Shown: in pieces, positions 61,875 through 64,000 of the stretch
Layout: the number at the start of each line of letters is the position of its first letter
Numbering within the stretch: position 1 is the stretch's first letter
NCBI GenBank assembly: GCA_041654895.1
Contig: JBAZCR010000004.1
Location: 1,188 to 65,187, forward strand
Reading direction: 5' to 3'
From: Candidatus Pacearchaeota archaeon
GTDB taxonomy: Archaea > Nanobdellota > Nanobdellia > Pacearchaeales > GW2011-AR1
DNA: 64,000 nt
Translations under genes and position numbers: made by a program
The notes under the pieces: generated by a model
The model's input: only the letters and a program-made list of their open reading frames with translations
What the model was told of the DNA's origin: nothing
Database searches by the model: none

Positions 61875-64000
61875 ATGATGAATAAAAAAAGAATAACTAA
61901 ATTAAATACCTTAACTTCTGCTGCTAATGATGATTTATTGGTAATTGTTGATATTGTTGATACTAATGGGGTTAATGTAACTAAAAATATAACTAACAGA
62001 AACTTATTTCAGTATGATAATTCACAAACACAATTATCTGCTAATAATATAAGAGATGCTATTGTAGAAATTGACAGTAAAATTGAAGATATTAATACCG
62101 AGTTTAATAATCATATAGATGATGAAGATATTCATTATGTTCAAGAAGATATTAATATTTCAGCAACACAAGTAATGTTTGATAATGTTGGGACAGATTT
62201 ATCTGCTACAAATGTTCAAGATGTTATTAACGAGATTGATAAAAAAATAGATGATTTAGACACATCTTCTTGGGAATCCGATGGTATTGATCATATAAAA
62301 CCTAAAGATAATAAATTAGTAAAAGTAGAACATATTGATGGTGTAGTAGATACTTCTGCTTTTAATAATCATATAGACGATGAAGATATTCATTATGTTC
62401 AATCAGCAATTGATCATACCTCAATTCAGAATATAGGTACATATACACACGAAGATATAGATAATCATATAGATGATGAAGATATTCATTATGTTCAATC
62501 AGCAATTGATCATACCTCAATTCAGAATATAGGTACATATACACACGAAGATATAGATAATCATATAGATGATGAAGATATTCATTATGTTCAAGAAGAT
62601 ATTAATATTTCAGCAACACAAGTAATGTTTGATAATGTTGGGACAGATTTATCTGCTACAAATGTTCAAGATGTTATTAACGAGATTGATAAAAAAATAG
62701 ATGATTTAGACACATCTTCTTGGGAATCCGATGGTATTGATCATATAAAACCTAAAGATAATAAATTAGTAAAAGTAGAACATATCGAAGGAGTTCTCAC
62801 TGAAGAACTCGATCCCACGGTTCCAGAGCATGTGAAAAGCATCACCTCAGCAGACATTGAGGAGTGGAACAGTAAATTAGACTCTGAAACCGATCCCACG
62901 GTTCCAGAGCATGTGAAAAGTATCACGGAATCGGACCTTGAGAATTGGGACACGGCCTATGATTTAAGGCACAGTCATGACAATAAAGACGTACTTGACA
63001 CAATCACACAAAATTTGCTGGATAGTTTCTTAACTGAGGAGACTGACCCTACAGTCCCGGCGCATGTGAAAGGTATCACGGAAATAAATATTGCCAATTG
63101 GTATGAAGCTTATGAATGGGGAGATCATGCTGATGTAGGATATCTCACCGGATCGATTTCAGAAAATTATCTGGCCATGGGTGGTAGCAACGGACTTGTT
63201 GACAGCCCGATGTACTTTGATCCCGACTTAGATTTGTTAGAAACGCTGTCAGGTATTCGTTCAAAAAAAATTAGTGTCGGTGGAGCGATTCCCGGACAAC
63301 CTCTGGCTGTTTTAGACAGTGTTGATAATGTAATCGGGAGACTTACGCTATACTCAGGGACAGTTCCGATGACTTTGCAACCGGTTGCAAATGGGTTCTT
63401 GCTGACCGGGGGCGGAGTTTATTCTTCTCCCAATCAGTTTGCAGGAAAATTAAGACTGCAAAGTAGTGCCGGTTCAGATGCCAGATTCGATATAGACACA
63501 CCCAACGGACCTCAGAGCAAGGCTCATATTCACAACCCCGTACTAAATGAACCCTGTTTTTTGCAGATATCAAATGTTTACACAGGCGGATCGCAACCCA
63601 CTCAAGGGCTATTGCTCGGCGTTGACAATCAAGGCAGATCAGTAATACGATCAGGAGGTTACGGCCGAGGTTTGCGCATCGAGCTGGCAGACGGGCTCGG
63701 AGGCTATAATGTAGTTGTCGAACATGCGTACTACACATTAACTGAGCTACTCGGAACTCGTTTCAACGGACATGTGGGGCTCGGCGTTGACCCGAACCCG
63801 GATATGCGTCTGGCTATTGGAGGTAACCTGGGCGTAGCTGGCAGTGTTGCTGCAAGCGCAGGGTTTTTCGGCTCGTTACTCGTAGACGATGGGAGCTTGC
63901 GGCCAGTTTGGCATGAGGGAAATCTTGATCCGGCGATGTTTATGACGCTCGGGGGACCAATACAATTCATTCCAGATAACCCTGATTTGAACACGTTCGG
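61875..64000 (+). CDS. tail fibre-like protein, 3'-truncated by the window end
   Basis: Hand-translated open frame from ATG 61875 (GAGGG RBS) to the window end; NHIDDEDIHYVQ modules x4; DPTVP.HVK.IT motif x3; absent from the track because it is not closed. Confidence 0.65.
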   Translation, partial: MMNKKRITKLNTLTSAANDDLLVIVDIVDTNGVNVTKNITNRNLFQYDNSQTQLSANNIRDAIVEIDSKIEDINTEFNNHIDDEDIHYVQEDINISATQVMFDNVGTDLSATNVQDVINEIDKKIDDLDTSSWESDGIDHIKPKDNKLVKVEHIDGVVDTSAFNNHIDDEDIHYVQSAIDHTSIQNIGTYTHEDIDNHIDDEDIHYVQSAIDHTSIQNIGTYTHEDIDNHIDDEDIHYVQEDINISATQVMFDNVGTDLSATNVQDVINEIDKKIDDLDTSSWESDGIDHIKPKDNKLVKVEHIEGVLTEELDPTVPEHVKSITSADIEEWNSKLDSETDPTVPEHVKSITESDLENWDTAYDLRHSHDNKDVLDTITQNLLDSFLTEETDPTVPAHVKGITEINIANWYEAYEWGDHADVGYLTGSISENYLAMGGSNGLVDSPMYFDPDLDLLETLSGIRSKKISVGGAIPGQPLAVLDSVDNVIGRLTLYSGTVPMTLQPVANGFLLTGGGVYSSPNQFAGKLRLQSSAGSDARFDIDTPNGPQSKAHIHNPVLNEPCFLQISNVYTGGSQPTQGLLLGVDNQGRSVIRSGGYGRGLRIELADGLGGYNVVVEHAYYTLTELLGTRFNGHVGLGVDPNPDMRLAIGGNLGVAGSVAASAGFFGSLLVDDGSLRPVWHEGNLDPAMFMTLGGPIQFIPDNPDLNTF
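62109..62785 (+). repeat. 227-bp perfect direct repeat (62109-62335, 62559-62785) flanking two 96-bp tandem units (62367-62558)
   Basis: Read directly: both 227-bp copies look identical; the 96-bp units each encode 32 aa. Confidence 0.85.

Noticed and set aside
63343-63994. Two minus-strand ORFs in the GC-rich end of the window
   Set aside because: Open antisense frames are expected in GC-rich coding DNA. The + frame is continuous with the tail-fibre gene and carries recognisable repeats.

Overview
AT-rich T4-like phage segment, read by eye with no searches run. Family names come from motif memory.
(1) 1-7.4 kb, + strand: early region of small genes. Eight near-identical sigma70-type promoter/leader cassettes sit upstream. 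Genes include an ArdC-like protein, GC-rich Imm-5-like paralogs, an RNA ligase and a metallophosphoesterase.
(2) 7.4-21.9 kb, - strand: accessory genes. These include a solo compact TnpB, a ligase-like gene next to an NMNAT-like gene, HNH, Hsp20, GroES, and a complete IS607-type element (serine-recombinase TnpA + TnpB) beside tRNA-Arg.
(3) 21.9-26.95 kb, - strand: an RNA island with about 20 canonical tRNAs, several non-canonical tRNA-like genes and a tmRNA. It also holds a ~0.9 kb ORF-free structured RNA with a nested tRNA-like domain, six internal promoters and one GIY-YIG homing endonuclease.
(4) 27.3-55.7 kb, - strand: replication and recombination module. It covers dNMP kinase, the clamp loader and clamp, a DNA methyltransferase, dUTPase, class II RNR, FEN/RNase H, a RuvC-like protein and primase. 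It also covers gp32-like SSB, a DnaB/gp41-like helicase, UvsX-like, family B polymerase, a DHH protein, and Mre11/Rad50-like proteins. nrdJ is broken into three ORFs by two split inteins. The polymerase is broken by a split intein. The helicase carries a contiguous mini-intein.
(5) 55.7-56.1 kb: divergent control region with a 23-bp iteron array.
(6) 56.1-64 kb, + strand: a UvsW-like helicase, probable virion genes, and a repeat-rich tail fibre whose 3' part switches abruptly to much higher GC.
Caveat: three frame breaks sit in homopolymer runs, so indel errors in the assembly are possible.
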